A stretch of DNA of 64,000 nucleotides from a virus. The DNA is taken from the IMG/VR virus record IMGVR_UViG_3300027863_000019, positions 1 to 64,000 of that record, one strand, 5' to 3'. The number at the start of each line of letters is the position of its first letter. Position 1 is the stretch's first letter. This document shows positions 8,137 through 18,079 of this stretch, one piece after another. The translations under genes and the position numbers were made by a program. Below the pieces are notes generated by a model. The model made no database searches and was not told the DNA's origin. It worked only from the letters and a program-made list of their open reading frames with translations.

Positions 8137-8163
8137 AGGGGATCGAAAGATCCCCTTTCTTTT
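8137..8163 (+). terminator. Rho-independent terminator closing the early array
   Basis: AGGGGATC-GAAA-GATCCCCT followed by TTCTTTT. Confidence 0.85.
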
Positions 8164-8449
8164 AATGTGATGTAAGGAGTGAGTGCACTGCACATTTAAC
8201 GGTTAACCCTTGCAGTACCCAACTAACAAACCTAAAGGTTTGAATTTAGCCCCGTGGTGCCACGGGGTAATTACGTAAGCCCCGTCACCGCACAAATTCA
8301 TTCCGATGTACATAGGCGCCAAAAACTGATTGCCACGAACTTATGTCATGAGTAATTGAACTCAGCCCGGGTAGTGCAACGATGTAAACCAATCACTTTG
8401 TTGATACCCAACTAACCTCCCACCCTGTGTCAACTCCTAAGCTCAAGAT

Positions 8450-8528
8450 AACTTAATGAGCCTCTTAAACCAACTAATCCTTGAGCCCTGAAAAAACTTA
8501 ATGAGCCTCTTAAACCAACTAATCCTTG
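8450..8528. repeat. 34-bp direct repeat, two copies, 45-bp period
   Basis: AACTTAATGAGCCTCTTAAACCAACTAATCCTTG at 8450 and 8495. Confidence 0.85.
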
Positions 8529-8672
8529 GAGTCTTGAAAAAACTTCGTTGAATATTTCCATTTGCCCCAGTTAAAATAAAATAAAAAATTGATGCCAAAT
8601 AATAAATCCCCTAAAGATCAGGAGAGGTGTTCGGGGGAAGCGGATGCTCCAAAAAGAAAATAAGAGCCCCAT

Positions 8673-8714
8673 AAATTTTCCCCCTTTTAAAATGCACTAT
8701 GTACCAGGTATAAT
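8673..8714 (+). promoter_or_regulatory. Phage promoter motif TTTTC(T/C)CCCTTT...TATAAT
   Basis: 24 nt between the CCC and the -10 hexamer, as in other copies. Confidence 0.7.
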
Positions 8715-8820
8715 ATTTTTTAAATAAATAAATAAAATTCCACAATTAATTAACCCAGGCAGGACCCGCTCATTAGAGCGGTAACATAAATAACCCCCAA
8801 ACAATAGGAGGTACCAAACA

Positions 8821-9207
8821 ATGTCTAAAGAAACCAAAACCGAAACTGAAGCGAAGAATGTTGCGTCCGATCTGTCCGCTCTTATGGCGGAAGCATCTCA
8901 TCAGGGTCGCACGGTTTTAGGCGGGGGGATCATGGGTAAGTTCAAAGACCGCCTGATTTCCGTTCTCACAGAAGCGGTCAACGAGGCCAAGCAGACCGGC
9001 GAAGAAGTCAAACCGCTCCCCGCGGGCGCCGTGGTTCGTTTCTTCCTCAAACGGACCGATATTTTTGAAACCTTAAACAAGGACGATAGGTACAATCGGG
9101 CTTACAGATACCTCATACAAGCCAAGAAAACCATCAACCGGATCGGGTGGGACATTGATAAGGTAGGAAAGACTTCCTACCTGATCTACACCGGCAAGAT
9201 AGTTTAA
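8821..9207 (+). CDS. Hypothetical monocistronic protein, possibly DNA-binding
   Basis: AGGAGGT SD, own promoter and terminator; resembles 3541-4014. Confidence 0.8.
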   Translation: MSKETKTETEAKNVASDLSALMAEASHQGRTVLGGGIMGKFKDRLISVLTEAVNEAKQTGEEVKPLPAGAVVRFFLKRTDIFETLNKDDRYNRAYRYLIQAKKTINRIGWDIDKVGKTSYLIYTGKIV

Positions 9208-9213
9208 CTCACT

Positions 9214-9259
9214 AAATACCGGAACGGGAGTTAGTACGATCCCGTTCCGGTATTTTTTT
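9214..9259 (+). terminator. Rho-independent terminator
   Basis: AAATACCGGAACGGGA...TCCCGTTCCGGTATTTTTTT. Confidence 0.9.
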
Positions 9260-9474
9260 GCTCATATCGTATCCACAAAGCCAGGATATCAATTAAGTTC
9301 CCCCGACCTTCGTCCTCTAGCACTCTTATTTCAAACGAACAAGAAAGGAAACGACCGCGGTAAAGAAAACGTATTTACTGCGGTATAGAAAACGTTACAG
9401 GTGGGTGTCTGGATGGACCGCCCAAAATCAAAATATCAAATCCCGTTTTCGAAAATCCATGAAGGAGGCAATAT

Positions 9475-9792
9475 TTAATGAAACGGTAACGTCCAGCATG
9501 GGCAGTTCTTGCACAGGAGGATACATTTGTTAAGTTCACTCAATAAAGCTTTTTTGGGAAGGTGCTTACACTTACTAAACGTAAATTCTTTAGAGGTAGG
9601 ATCTTTACGATAACCACAGACCTGACAACGTCCGCCAAGAAGTTCAACTACCCAAGCCTTCGTCACGTTTTGTTTGGAGCGACAACGCTTACAAAGCAAT
9701 TCAGAAAACCCCTTCTTCTTAATACGGAGATAACTAAAAGGCTTATAACAACGAATACATATAGCATACTTAGTAAATACGATCAGTATCAA
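9475..9792 (-). pseudogene. Degenerate HNH-type homing endonuclease
   Basis: LLGGRCQVCGY...ELNKCILLCKNC pattern with the catalytic HH motif missing. Confidence 0.5.
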
Positions 9793-9999
9793 AAAGGATT
9801 CTTTAATAGATCTACCTTTACCATAAGGCTTACACGTAAAACAATATTTTCTTCCAGTAATGTTTATTCGTTTTCCAGCAGAGTTAATAATAAAGGAAGG
9901 AATGATGGCGGAACACTAAAAGAAATTGGCAGAGTGTCCGTGGAGCTATACCCCCTATTGAACAATATACAATCACGGAAGCAGCACGCACGGGTTGGG

Positions 10000-10335
10000 A
10001 TACTCTCTAAAAAATTAGCTCACCAAAATTTAACTGGGTAAGGTGAATCATGAAATACTTATTATAAAGTGAATACTGAATCATGAAATACTCTCTAAAA
10101 AATTAGCTCACCAAAATTTAACTGGGTAAGGTGAATCATGAAATACTCTCTAAAAAATTAGCTCACCAAAATTTAACTGGGTAAGGTGAATCATGAAATA
10201 CTCTTTAAAAAATTAACACACCAAAAATTAACTGGGTAAGGTGAATCACGAAATGCTCTTTAAAAAATTAATTGGGGAATTTGAATCACGAAATGCTCAC
10301 CAAAAATTAATTGGGGAATTTGAATCATGAAATTC
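10000..10335. repeat. 55-bp AT-rich tandem repeat (about 4 copies) decaying into ~40-bp units
   Basis: GAATCA(T/C)GAAAT at 10045, 10078, 10133, 10188, 10243, 10283, 10322. Confidence 0.92.
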
Positions 10336-10471
10336 AAACGTCTACAAAAAATGCGGCCACCAAAAATTTGGTACCCCAATTCACCTGGGTGAAATTCAAT
10401 GCTCCTGGGAAGGTATATCTAATGGTTATCAATTCTTGGTACTCAGTAAGTGAATGAAACTTAGACCTATT

Positions 10472-10511
10472 ATTTTCTCCCTTTAAAATGTCATCTTTAA
10501 CCAATTAAAAT
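10472..10511 (+). promoter_or_regulatory. Phage promoter motif
   Basis: ATTTTCTCCC-N24-TAAAAT. Confidence 0.7.
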
Positions 10512-10572
10512 ATTATTAACAATTAAGCATAAGGAATACTTGATGGTCACTAGATCGATCATCACTATCTTC

Positions 10573-10598
10573 GGTGTGATAAAGTACTTTATCACACC
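10573..10598. promoter_or_regulatory. Perfect 26-bp palindrome (operator-like)
   Basis: GGTGTGATAAAGT|ACTTTATCACACC. Confidence 0.6.
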
Positions 10599-10612
10599 AA
10601 AAGGGGTGAGCA

Positions 10613-10933
10613 ATGGATATTAGTAGGCTACCAAATGAAAGTGGTATTTATAGGATCACATGCTCGGTAACTAGAACTGTGTACATTGGTAAGGCCGAAG
10701 ATATTCGAATTCGTATCTCCAACCACAAGTCATTACTTAGAAAAGGTAAACATCCAAACAAGTACTTACAGAATGATTGGAACTTATATGGTGCCACTTG
10801 CTTCACGGTAAGGGTACTAAAGAAGGTGCAACGGAATATCGAGCAAGTGGAAAAGAAGGTCTTACTTAGCTACCTAGACGATGGCACCAAGTTGTACAAC
10901 ATCGTTGACTTAGCTCCAACATCTCTATACTAA
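10613..10933 (+). CDS. GIY-YIG nuclease
   Basis: SGIYRI...VYIGKA...R..NH...L...KH.N..LQ.DW..YG...F...E...YN. Confidence 0.9.
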   Translation: MDISRLPNESGIYRITCSVTRTVYIGKAEDIRIRISNHKSLLRKGKHPNKYLQNDWNLYGATCFTVRVLKKVQRNIEQVEKKVLLSYLDDGTKLYNIVDLAPTSLY

Positions 10934-11227
10934 AGGGAGGAACGGAGTATGAAGTTCAATAAGAAAGCTGTGAAAGAAATAACGTTGGAGGGTGGTGAAA
11001 TGGCTGCGGAGATGGAGGAAGCTAAGTGGCCTTCGTAAAGCGAGTATCCGTAGAGCGCTTCGAAGTCGTTATGGTGTAGGCTCCTATTAGCTATACGAGC
11101 CTTCATGGGTTTCGTACTCCTGGATTTTACAATATTGGGTCTCGGTTAATCGAGAAAGGTGAACAGATGCCGAATGATAAGTTTACCTGGAAGGCCTGGT
11201 ACATGCCCGACTTTTAAAGGAGGTAAT

Positions 11228-11617
11228 ATGAGAGACAGAAACCTTTTTGAGGATGGTTATAAGTCATTAGCTGATCAGTTAAGGTATGGTCGACCAAGGA
11301 AACGGTTAACCGAGTTCTTTGGGTCCTCAGAAGCGCAAGACGCCCATTACCTTTCATCAGTAATTGCTTGGCGTCTTAGGTCTTATGAAGGACTCGAAGA
11401 CATGTATGATGATGAACTTGATGATCTTACAACCAGATTAGCTCACGCGTCGAGAGTACCGTGCGAAGAGATCACTGAACGGACTCAAGTACTTTGTTGC
11501 TACAAGAAAAGTCCAAGTGCGCGGATCGAATACAACCTTCATATGGCTGGTAAGTGTCCCCACTTTCAAAACCTTCGCAAACGTCTGAAGGAGAAGTATG
11601 GTGACGAAAGAGATTAA
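11228..11617 (+). CDS. Hypothetical protein
   Basis: AAGGAGGT SD before ATG 11228. Confidence 0.7.
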   Translation: MRDRNLFEDGYKSLADQLRYGRPRKRLTEFFGSSEAQDAHYLSSVIAWRLRSYEGLEDMYDDELDDLTTRLAHASRVPCEEITERTQVLCCYKKSPSARIEYNLHMAGKCPHFQNLRKRLKEKYGDERD

Positions 11618-11713
11618 GGTAAACCAATTAGGAACCTGAGGCTTGTAAAAACAACGACCCATTAAACTTGTTTTGAGCTGCGACGCTGAAAAAAAAAAAG
11701 GAGGAACTAAACG

Positions 11714-11908
11714 ATGGCTCAATGGCGTGCACCTCTAGATCCGGACTGCCCGGAGGTTAAAGAGTTCATGACGACGTTATTCGAGGATCCAATGACTCAG
11801 TATTATGGGTGTGGAGACGAGATAGCAGAGTTGTGGGAATCTAAGCACCGCGCCAAGTGTGCGCGGTGTCAATATTTTGGGGCTGCAAATATCGAAGTGG
11901 AGGTCTAG
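11714..11908 (+). CDS. Small Cys/His hypothetical protein
   Basis: GGAGG SD; H...CARC. Confidence 0.7.
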   Translation: MAQWRAPLDPDCPEVKEFMTTLFEDPMTQYYGCGDEIAELWESKHRAKCARCQYFGAANIEVEV

Positions 11909-11910
11909 TA

Positions 11911-11953
11911 GTAGAAAATAATAGGTCCACCTTTTGGACCTATTATTTTCTAC
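11911..11953. terminator. 19-bp perfect inverted repeat (terminator-like)
   Basis: GTAGAAAATAATAGGTCCA-N5-TGGACCTATTATTTTCTAC. Confidence 0.75.
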
Positions 11954-12000
11954 CTTTAATCCTCCCACTTGCTAGTGTAACATCGGGATATTAACAAGAA

Positions 12001-12231
12001 ATGTCGCACGGAAAAATTAAATGTCCATGGTGTGATTTCCTCCACGTCGTTCAGTTGTGTGGGGTGATGAAATGTACCATAGCGACATGTCCTATCTATA
12101 AAGAGAACTTTAGGGTAGTATTTGCAGCGGTAGAATGTTTAGCATGTAGTAATCCTTGTAAGGAAAAGAAAGTGTGCGTTGAAGACGTTTCACAGAATAG
12201 CACACTTGTTCGGAAAGGAGTTATAATTTGA
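12001..12231 (+). CDS. 7-Cys family zinc-ribbon-like protein (variant)
   Basis: CPWC...CPIY...FRVVF...CLACSNPC. Confidence 0.65.
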   Translation: MSHGKIKCPWCDFLHVVQLCGVMKCTIATCPIYKENFRVVFAAVECLACSNPCKEKKVCVEDVSQNSTLVRKGVII

Positions 12232-12605
12232 CCGTTAAAATTTTAGAGGGTCGAGAACTTCTACGAAGTGAACCAATTGAATTTGTTGTACACTTGGAAT
12301 GGCCCGAGGAAGCTAATGCAGCCCTTTACTTTCCAGAACGTGAGTATGGTAATGAGGCGACTCTTATCTTCCAGGAGCATTTAACTACTGATAGTGGAGG
12401 TTGGGAGATTGATAGTAGTCCTCTTGTCGGTTGGCATATGTGGCCTCACGCTGATTACTATGAAGAGGATCTTAACTTCGTCCATGTGAAAGCGATTGGT
12501 TCGTGGGTCTGGTTTGTAAAGGTCAATGGAATTTATGATATACCAAAAGAAATAGCTGTAGATATCGTCCACGCGTTGGAGAAACATTTGAAAAAGGGAA
12601 GGTAA
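12228..12605 (+). CDS. Hypothetical protein
   Basis: AAGGAG SD, TTG start. Confidence 0.7.
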   Translation: MTVKILEGRELLRSEPIEFVVHLEWPEEANAALYFPEREYGNEATLIFQEHLTTDSGGWEIDSSPLVGWHMWPHADYYEEDLNFVHVKAIGSWVWFVKVNGIYDIPKEIAVDIVHALEKHLKKGR

Positions 12606-13078
12606 TAAAAATGAAAATCACTTTACTTACTTCAAGGAAATCAAAAGTACTTCTACGTCAGCATTGTGTAATTAAGTGGCCTAAAGGAGCTAATGCGGTA
12701 GTTCATTTAGATGGTTTCCCTCGTGCAGGTTAAATATATAGAAAGTAATATAGTTGATATTGTAGCAGATAAGAAAACCATTTAAATGGTGAAGATCATC
12801 CGAACGGTGGAGCAGCTAAAGTTCTTCGGATGGTTTTAACTTCAGGAGGATTTTAATGTACTTCCGGTTTAATCCTCGTCAAGCCCAATTCTTTCACCAG
12901 CAGATGAATCAGCCTCCACGCGAACAGTTGATTCAATGTTCTGATGGAGTCTATCGACCTGCTAGCATGGTCGAGGAGTTTGAAAACTCCAACTCCGTCA
13001 AACTATTAACTGGACCAAATGATCAAGGTTAAAGAAGTTAGCCGTGAAGAGCTGATCATTGATCTTTTTAGGAGGCTT

Positions 13079-13119
13079 AATTTTCTCCCTTTTTGGAGTC
13101 AAATTAAGCCTAATAAAAT
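13079..13119 (+). promoter_or_regulatory. Phage promoter motif
   Basis: AATTTTCTCCC-N24-TAAAAT plus AT-rich tail. Confidence 0.7.
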
Positions 13120-13232
13120 TAATTAATTAATAAATATAAAACAATAAAAAAATTCGATATCAACACCTACAATCGCTATGCAGAAGGCTAACAGAGTCGT
13201 TAAGGATCTAGTATCTTGGAGGATTTTCTAAA

Positions 13233-13661
13233 GTGAAGCCACTAAGGAAATGGAAGGCGGAGTGTCCGTGCTGTACCCAATTCATTACCTATGATGAATT
13301 AGGTAATGAAAAATCTTGCCCTGTCTTTACTTGTAAGGGGTGTAAGACCGAATTCGTGTGTCCAAACTTTAGATTCCATTGTTCGAAGTGTGCAAATAAG
13401 GCAAATTGTATGAGGTTGCCATTAGTTCACCCATTACTGATTCAGTCGACCTGGAAAGCGTTCTTCCAATCTCGCAGGCTGGGGCTTAAAGAGTTGAGCA
13501 AGCGAGATTGGAATTATTTGTATCGTTTAAATCCGGAGGAAGTTCTTAAACTCCCAGATGTTGACGAAGAAATCTTTCAATCGTACAGTAAGCGAAGAGA
13601 CGCAAAGTTAAAGACCCCGATTACGATCTACTTTGGATTCTTTCATGGGAGTGATTTATGA
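13233..13661 (+). CDS. 7-Cys family protein with C-terminal extension
   Basis: CPCC...CKGC...CSKCANKANCMRLP. Confidence 0.75.
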   Translation: MKPLRKWKAECPCCTQFITYDELGNEKSCPVFTCKGCKTEFVCPNFRFHCSKCANKANCMRLPLVHPLLIQSTWKAFFQSRRLGLKELSKRDWNYLYRLNPEEVLKLPDVDEEIFQSYSKRRDAKLKTPITIYFGFFHGSDL

Positions 13662-13804
13662 CAGAGACACCAACAGATATTCAAGTGTCTCTGATTTGGT
13701 TAAGGGACTAAGAATGTTATTCGAGGCCTCCCGTTCGAGTTGTACTCGGACCTTACAATGAGTAAAGCAAGTCTTTAAACTTGCATATGAAAAAGGAGTA
13801 GAAC

Positions 13805-14317
13805 GTGGCCAACAATCTAACCTCCCTAAAAAAGTTGTATGAAAAAGGAGTAGAAATAATGTTAAGGGGTACCGATCCCATCACTGAAAACGATTGGGAA
13901 CGGCTAACCCATTTCTGGGCATATAATCTTGACGCGAGTTCTTTACCTAACTCGCTCGAAACATTGAGCAATATCTTTCGATCACCGCTTCCGAAAGAAC
14001 GCATCACCAAGATTGGTGTATATTATCAACTGTTGGCCTTTAAACGCCAAGATGAAATGTTAAAGAAACTTCTTGGTCAACTAGTAACCCCCGATCATTT
14101 AAAACATTTACGCTCCATCATGTCACGGAATTTGCAATATGAGGATCTGGTAAAGGTATTCAAGAAATCTGGACTTGAACCTTCATGGCCTCAACAAGAC
14201 GACTGGACGCGGCTAGGTAAGCTGTGCAAAGCATTATTTTCAATGACCGGCGAGAAGTTTAAAACCGCTCAAACTGAAATGGCGAAAATCGTTAATGGTG
14301 GGAAAATAAATGAGTGA
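13805..14317 (+). CDS. Hypothetical protein
   Basis: AAGGAG SD, 170 aa. Confidence 0.7.
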   Translation: MANNLTSLKKLYEKGVEIMLRGTDPITENDWERLTHFWAYNLDASSLPNSLETLSNIFRSPLPKERITKIGVYYQLLAFKRQDEMLKKLLGQLVTPDHLKHLRSIMSRNLQYEDLVKVFKKSGLEPSWPQQDDWTRLGKLCKALFSMTGEKFKTAQTEMAKIVNGGKINE

Positions 14318-14903
14318 ATTCGTTAAAGGGTGGATCGTTACTCCTGGGGCGAAAGGTTATGCGGTTGAATTTCAAAAGGAATTAGCCTTTCCAGTTGGCA
14401 TTCCCGTAAAGATCATTGGTGTTGTTGGTGATCAAGTAACCGTCGTCGAGCCACATGGAAAGACGATCACCTTTAAACAGGACGATATCAGCCAGGAGCC
14501 TGATAGCTGTAACTGGCAGGAGGACTGGGATCGCCACGAGAATCCCGAAAGACATCGTTGGAATTTAGTAGAAGCTATCGAGAAGCGGGGTTCTCAAGTC
14601 TTCATCGATTGGGAATGTGGTCCGTATCCCATAAAGAGCTACAAAGAGTTCTTCAAGAAAGTGTTCTCGGCATGTAAGGTTCACTTTAAGGACGATGATC
14701 CCGACTTCAACAATATGTTGATGGACTTGACCTTGCTGATATTGGGTGAGATCGATGACGTCGACTCCTATACGCAAGATCAAATCGATCTCGCAGCGTA
14801 TACTATCGGTCAATTGATTACTTGTAAGACGTACGTTAAGTCGGGGAAAGATTGGACGAACATGAGTGAAGAAGAATTTTTTAACTCGATGGAGGATGAA
14901 TAA
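14310..14903 (+). CDS. Hypothetical acidic protein
   Basis: Coupled ORF, 197 aa. Confidence 0.75.
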   Translation: MSEFVKGWIVTPGAKGYAVEFQKELAFPVGIPVKIIGVVGDQVTVVEPHGKTITFKQDDISQEPDSCNWQEDWDRHENPERHRWNLVEAIEKRGSQVFIDWECGPYPIKSYKEFFKKVFSACKVHFKDDDPDFNNMLMDLTLLILGEIDDVDSYTQDQIDLAAYTIGQLITCKTYVKSGKDWTNMSEEEFFNSMEDE

Positions 14904-14959
14904 AACAGTTCACCGTTCCAGAAGGAGTTAGACTTTCGGAATCCCGAGACGCATTTACA

Positions 14960-15325
14960 TTGGCCCAAGCTGTTGGAGATATGATGACAAGGCGTAAGTA
15001 CATTAGTGGAATACTTCAAGGGATTCCTACGGAATCTCTGATCGCAAACATTCGAGTAAAAGGAGTCATTAAGTACAAGCATTATACCTTTCGCGAGTTT
15101 CAATCGAAGGCGTTTGAATGTCCATTATGTGGAATTTCTATAACAGTTAAAACGAGTTACAAATTTGGAGCTCATATTCGTAGAACGAAATGTCCAGAAT
15201 GCGGTGCAGGCTTCTGTTTAATATTTGAAGACAATCCGAATTGGTGTTCGGTTTGCACTTGTAGGAACCTCGAATGTTTAAAGAGGTTTACTCTACTAGC
15301 GGAGGTGATTGATGAAAAGGGGTAG
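14960..15325 (+). CDS. 7-Cys family protein
   Basis: CPLC...CPEC...CSVCTCRNLECL. Confidence 0.7.
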   Translation: MAQAVGDMMTRRKYISGILQGIPTESLIANIRVKGVIKYKHYTFREFQSKAFECPLCGISITVKTSYKFGAHIRRTKCPECGAGFCLIFEDNPNWCSVCTCRNLECLKRFTLLAEVIDEKG

Positions 15326-15545
15326 ACTAGTTGGCCCGACTCAAAAGGTTCGTTGTAAGGGTGGAAAGCACCATGTCGATCCGACGAGGATCGAAGGACC
15401 TCCACGTCTTCGTACTAGCGGTAGTGCTTGGGACTTGATTGCACTGTACGCTAAACCAAAGGGAACCGGTACCCGAAACTCTCAAGACGCGAGGTTGGAA
15501 AGGCTGTTCTCTAAGACGGCTAAGTCTAAGAAGTAGGAGGGTGAT

Positions 15546-15884
15546 ATGAGAGGATATGTGTTCCGCGTGATGCAGTTAACGCCTTACACTAACCTTCGTG
15601 AGCAAGAAGTAGTAACACCGAGAGAAAGATTAACCGAACTCATCCTTAGCATCGGAACATTGCCCGATCGTAGCTCCTACTGGGATGTATTTTATGTCGA
15701 AGGTGATCCAATTCCTGAGCAGAAAGTAACGCTCGATGACCAATACGCCGCGTTAGATGGCGTATTGGTCAACGTGAAGTTAGTTTTAATGAAGGGTAGC
15801 TTGACATTCACTGATACAGGCTACACATTATACCAGCAATTCAGTACTGTCAGTACTGGAAAGGAAGATGATATTCCCTTCTAA
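15546..15884 (+). CDS. Hypothetical protein with SSB-like acidic tail
   Basis: C-terminus EDDIPF. Confidence 0.65.
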   Translation: MRGYVFRVMQLTPYTNLREQEVVTPRERLTELILSIGTLPDRSSYWDVFYVEGDPIPEQKVTLDDQYAALDGVLVNVKLVLMKGSLTFTDTGYTLYQQFSTVSTGKEDDIPF

Positions 15885-16067
15885 TGAAACCTTAGAAAGA
15901 GTATCCACACTGTGGACGAATGGCCTTCATTGATCCGCTTAATCCCAAAGATGAGCAGGCTATCCATAAATGGATATCAATAGCTGGCTCTAGTGACTTC
16001 AAGATCTATCAACTGATCGTGTCGAAGACGTATATACGGGATGATCAAGCTTATCACTACGATGTAG

Positions 16068-16301
16068 GTGTCTCATTTGATTGAAAAACGCTTGCGTCAA
16101 TTTAGGTGTATCATTTGTCGGGGTGAAAGCTTTGGAATTAGTTCAACGCATGCATTAATTCCGTGTGCATGGGCTTGTAATGATTGTGGGTTAACTCAAA
16201 TTGATCCTCCAGTTGAGGCAATCCGATGCCTCAACTGCGAACACCTGACTGTTTGCTTAGGACTACCTAGAGTGAACATACAGGAGGAAAAACGTGAGTA
16301 A
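16068..16301 (+). CDS. 7-Cys family protein
   Basis: CIIC...CNDC...CLNCEHLTVCLGLP. Confidence 0.7.
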   Translation: MSHLIEKRLRQFRCIICRGESFGISSTHALIPCAWACNDCGLTQIDPPVEAIRCLNCEHLTVCLGLPRVNIQEEKRE

Positions 16302-16420
16302 GAGGGTTTTTAAGGATCCTGAAAGGGAAAGGCTTTCACAAATTCAGGTGGAAGTCCTTTACGAACAAGCCTATATTCCCGCGTTTTAAGTCCGAGCCAT
16401 CACGAATTAAGGAGCGCATC

Positions 16421-17239
16421 ATGACAGTACCTCAGGGAGCGGTAATCTTGAAGAACGGACCTTCCTATATCTTGGGAAGGTATCGTTACTTGACGGAGGA
16501 ATCCGCCAAGGAATTCTTCACTCACGAGATCTTTAAGATCCCGTTTGATGAAGTTTGGCCAAACTTTTTCAGCTTTCACTTAACGAAGTTGAACGATATG
16601 CAAAAGAAGGATCAGCCGAAGTCGCTATTCCTCGAATCGGGATTTCGGGTTGATCTTGCGGACGTGAAGCGCGACCTTTTCATCCCGTGGAATTTCCGCT
16701 ACTTCTTAGTCAGTTACATAATCCCTACTTTGGGTTCTTTTAGTGATGGGTTTTATTGTGACCTTTACTCGACAGATACTCACGTGTTCGTAGATTATCC
16801 TTATCAGATCATCTACATTAATGGTGAGAAAAAAGAGGGTACTCCAGCGAGGAAGCCGCAGAACGCGCCTATGATGGAGAAGCTGTTAGAGATGTATCCT
16901 GATACCGTAAGGTACCGCGGCATAATTTATGCCGCTCTCGAGCACCTCAATCAGCCGCTCGAGATATTACAATTCTATCATGAACTAGTTGCACTAAGAG
17001 TGTTCGCGGACTATCCCGAGGATCTCAAAGATCCTGTTGCTGCGGTACGAAGAAGGATCGCAGCAACATTGCGCTACTTTCATTCCGCACGACAGAAATG
17101 GTGTGATGCTCTCGATCTTAACTTCGAAGTCAAGATGGAATTCCAGGAGTTTAAGCCGATCACCATTCCAAAGGACTTCGACCTCGATGCCGCCATAAGT
17201 GAGTTACAGGGGCCCGATTCGCTTGACTCGATGAAATGA
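16421..17239 (+). CDS. Hypothetical protein (272 aa)
   Basis: AAGGAG SD, long ORF. Confidence 0.8.
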   Translation: MTVPQGAVILKNGPSYILGRYRYLTEESAKEFFTHEIFKIPFDEVWPNFFSFHLTKLNDMQKKDQPKSLFLESGFRVDLADVKRDLFIPWNFRYFLVSYIIPTLGSFSDGFYCDLYSTDTHVFVDYPYQIIYINGEKKEGTPARKPQNAPMMEKLLEMYPDTVRYRGIIYAALEHLNQPLEILQFYHELVALRVFADYPEDLKDPVAAVRRRIAATLRYFHSARQKWCDALDLNFEVKMEFQEFKPITIPKDFDLDAAISELQGPDSLDSMK

Positions 17240-17309
17240 AAGACAATTTTTAACTGATTAATTCCCCGGTCGATAAGCGCTTCGACGTCCGCGAAACAGA
17301 GATGGCCCT

Positions 17310-18062
17310 TTGTTGACGAATACTGCGGGGGTTGCTGTGAAACTTTATAAGGTGCTCGCGGTAGGGCGTAAGTCCTGCCACGGTGGAAGAATGGTCTGGG
17401 AACCATTCCATTGGTACGAGATTTCAGGGGATCTAATCCCCTGTCAGAACGGCTTCCATCTCTGTAGGCCAGAGGACCTCCTGGACTGGCTCCAGGAGGA
17501 AATCTGGAAAGGGCAGGTTCAGCGCGGGTGGGTGTATGGCGACGGCAAAATCGTCGCCGAAAAGGCCCGGATAACCTGGCAATGCCTGGGCTGGAACAAT
17601 CGTACTGCCAGGTTATTCGCAGCCGATTGCGTCCAAAACGTGGCTCACCTTTGCACTCTTAGATCAGTGCAAAGGTATATAGAAACGACCCGGAGGTTTG
17701 CCGAAGGGGCCGTTTCTTATGATGATTTGCTCGCGGCCAGAGACGCCGCCTGGGTCGTAGACAAAGCTAAAGATACACCCTCCTGGGTTGCGGCCATGGA
17801 ATCAAATTATGTGGCCAAGGAGGCTATCTGGAACAGGTCCAGGAACACATTTCAGACGACGGCTATGAACGCGGCTAGGGCTGCGGCTATGGAGATGGCT
17901 CAGAAGGAATCCTGGGCCGCGGCTAAGAAGGCATCCTGGTATGCAGCTTTGGCCGAAGCTCTAGCCCAGGATAAGGGGGATGCTACGAAAGCCGCCTTCC
18001 AGGCGGCTCGGCAAACCCAGACCCGGCAGTTGATGCAGTATCTGGCCGGAGAATATGAATAG
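17310..18062 (+). CDS. Phage hypothetical protein with Ala-rich C-terminus, GC-richer than neighbours
   Basis: YKVL...C.NGFHLC...W...KIVA..AR...RLFAADC pattern common in phage proteins. Confidence 0.7.
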   Translation: MLTNTAGVAVKLYKVLAVGRKSCHGGRMVWEPFHWYEISGDLIPCQNGFHLCRPEDLLDWLQEEIWKGQVQRGWVYGDGKIVAEKARITWQCLGWNNRTARLFAADCVQNVAHLCTLRSVQRYIETTRRFAEGAVSYDDLLAARDAAWVVDKAKDTPSWVAAMESNYVAKEAIWNRSRNTFQTTAMNAARAAAMEMAQKESWAAAKKASWYAALAEALAQDKGDATKAAFQAARQTQTRQLMQYLAGEYE

Positions 18063-18079
18063 GAATTGGATAAAAAGTA

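Noticed and set aside
9562-10041. 159-aa + strand ORF
   Set aside because: Overlaps the HNH relic on the opposite strand, has no SD or motif and runs into the tandem repeat
10000-10335. CRISPR or mini-array interpretation of the 55-bp repeats
   Set aside because: Units are near-identical head-to-tail with no unique spacers
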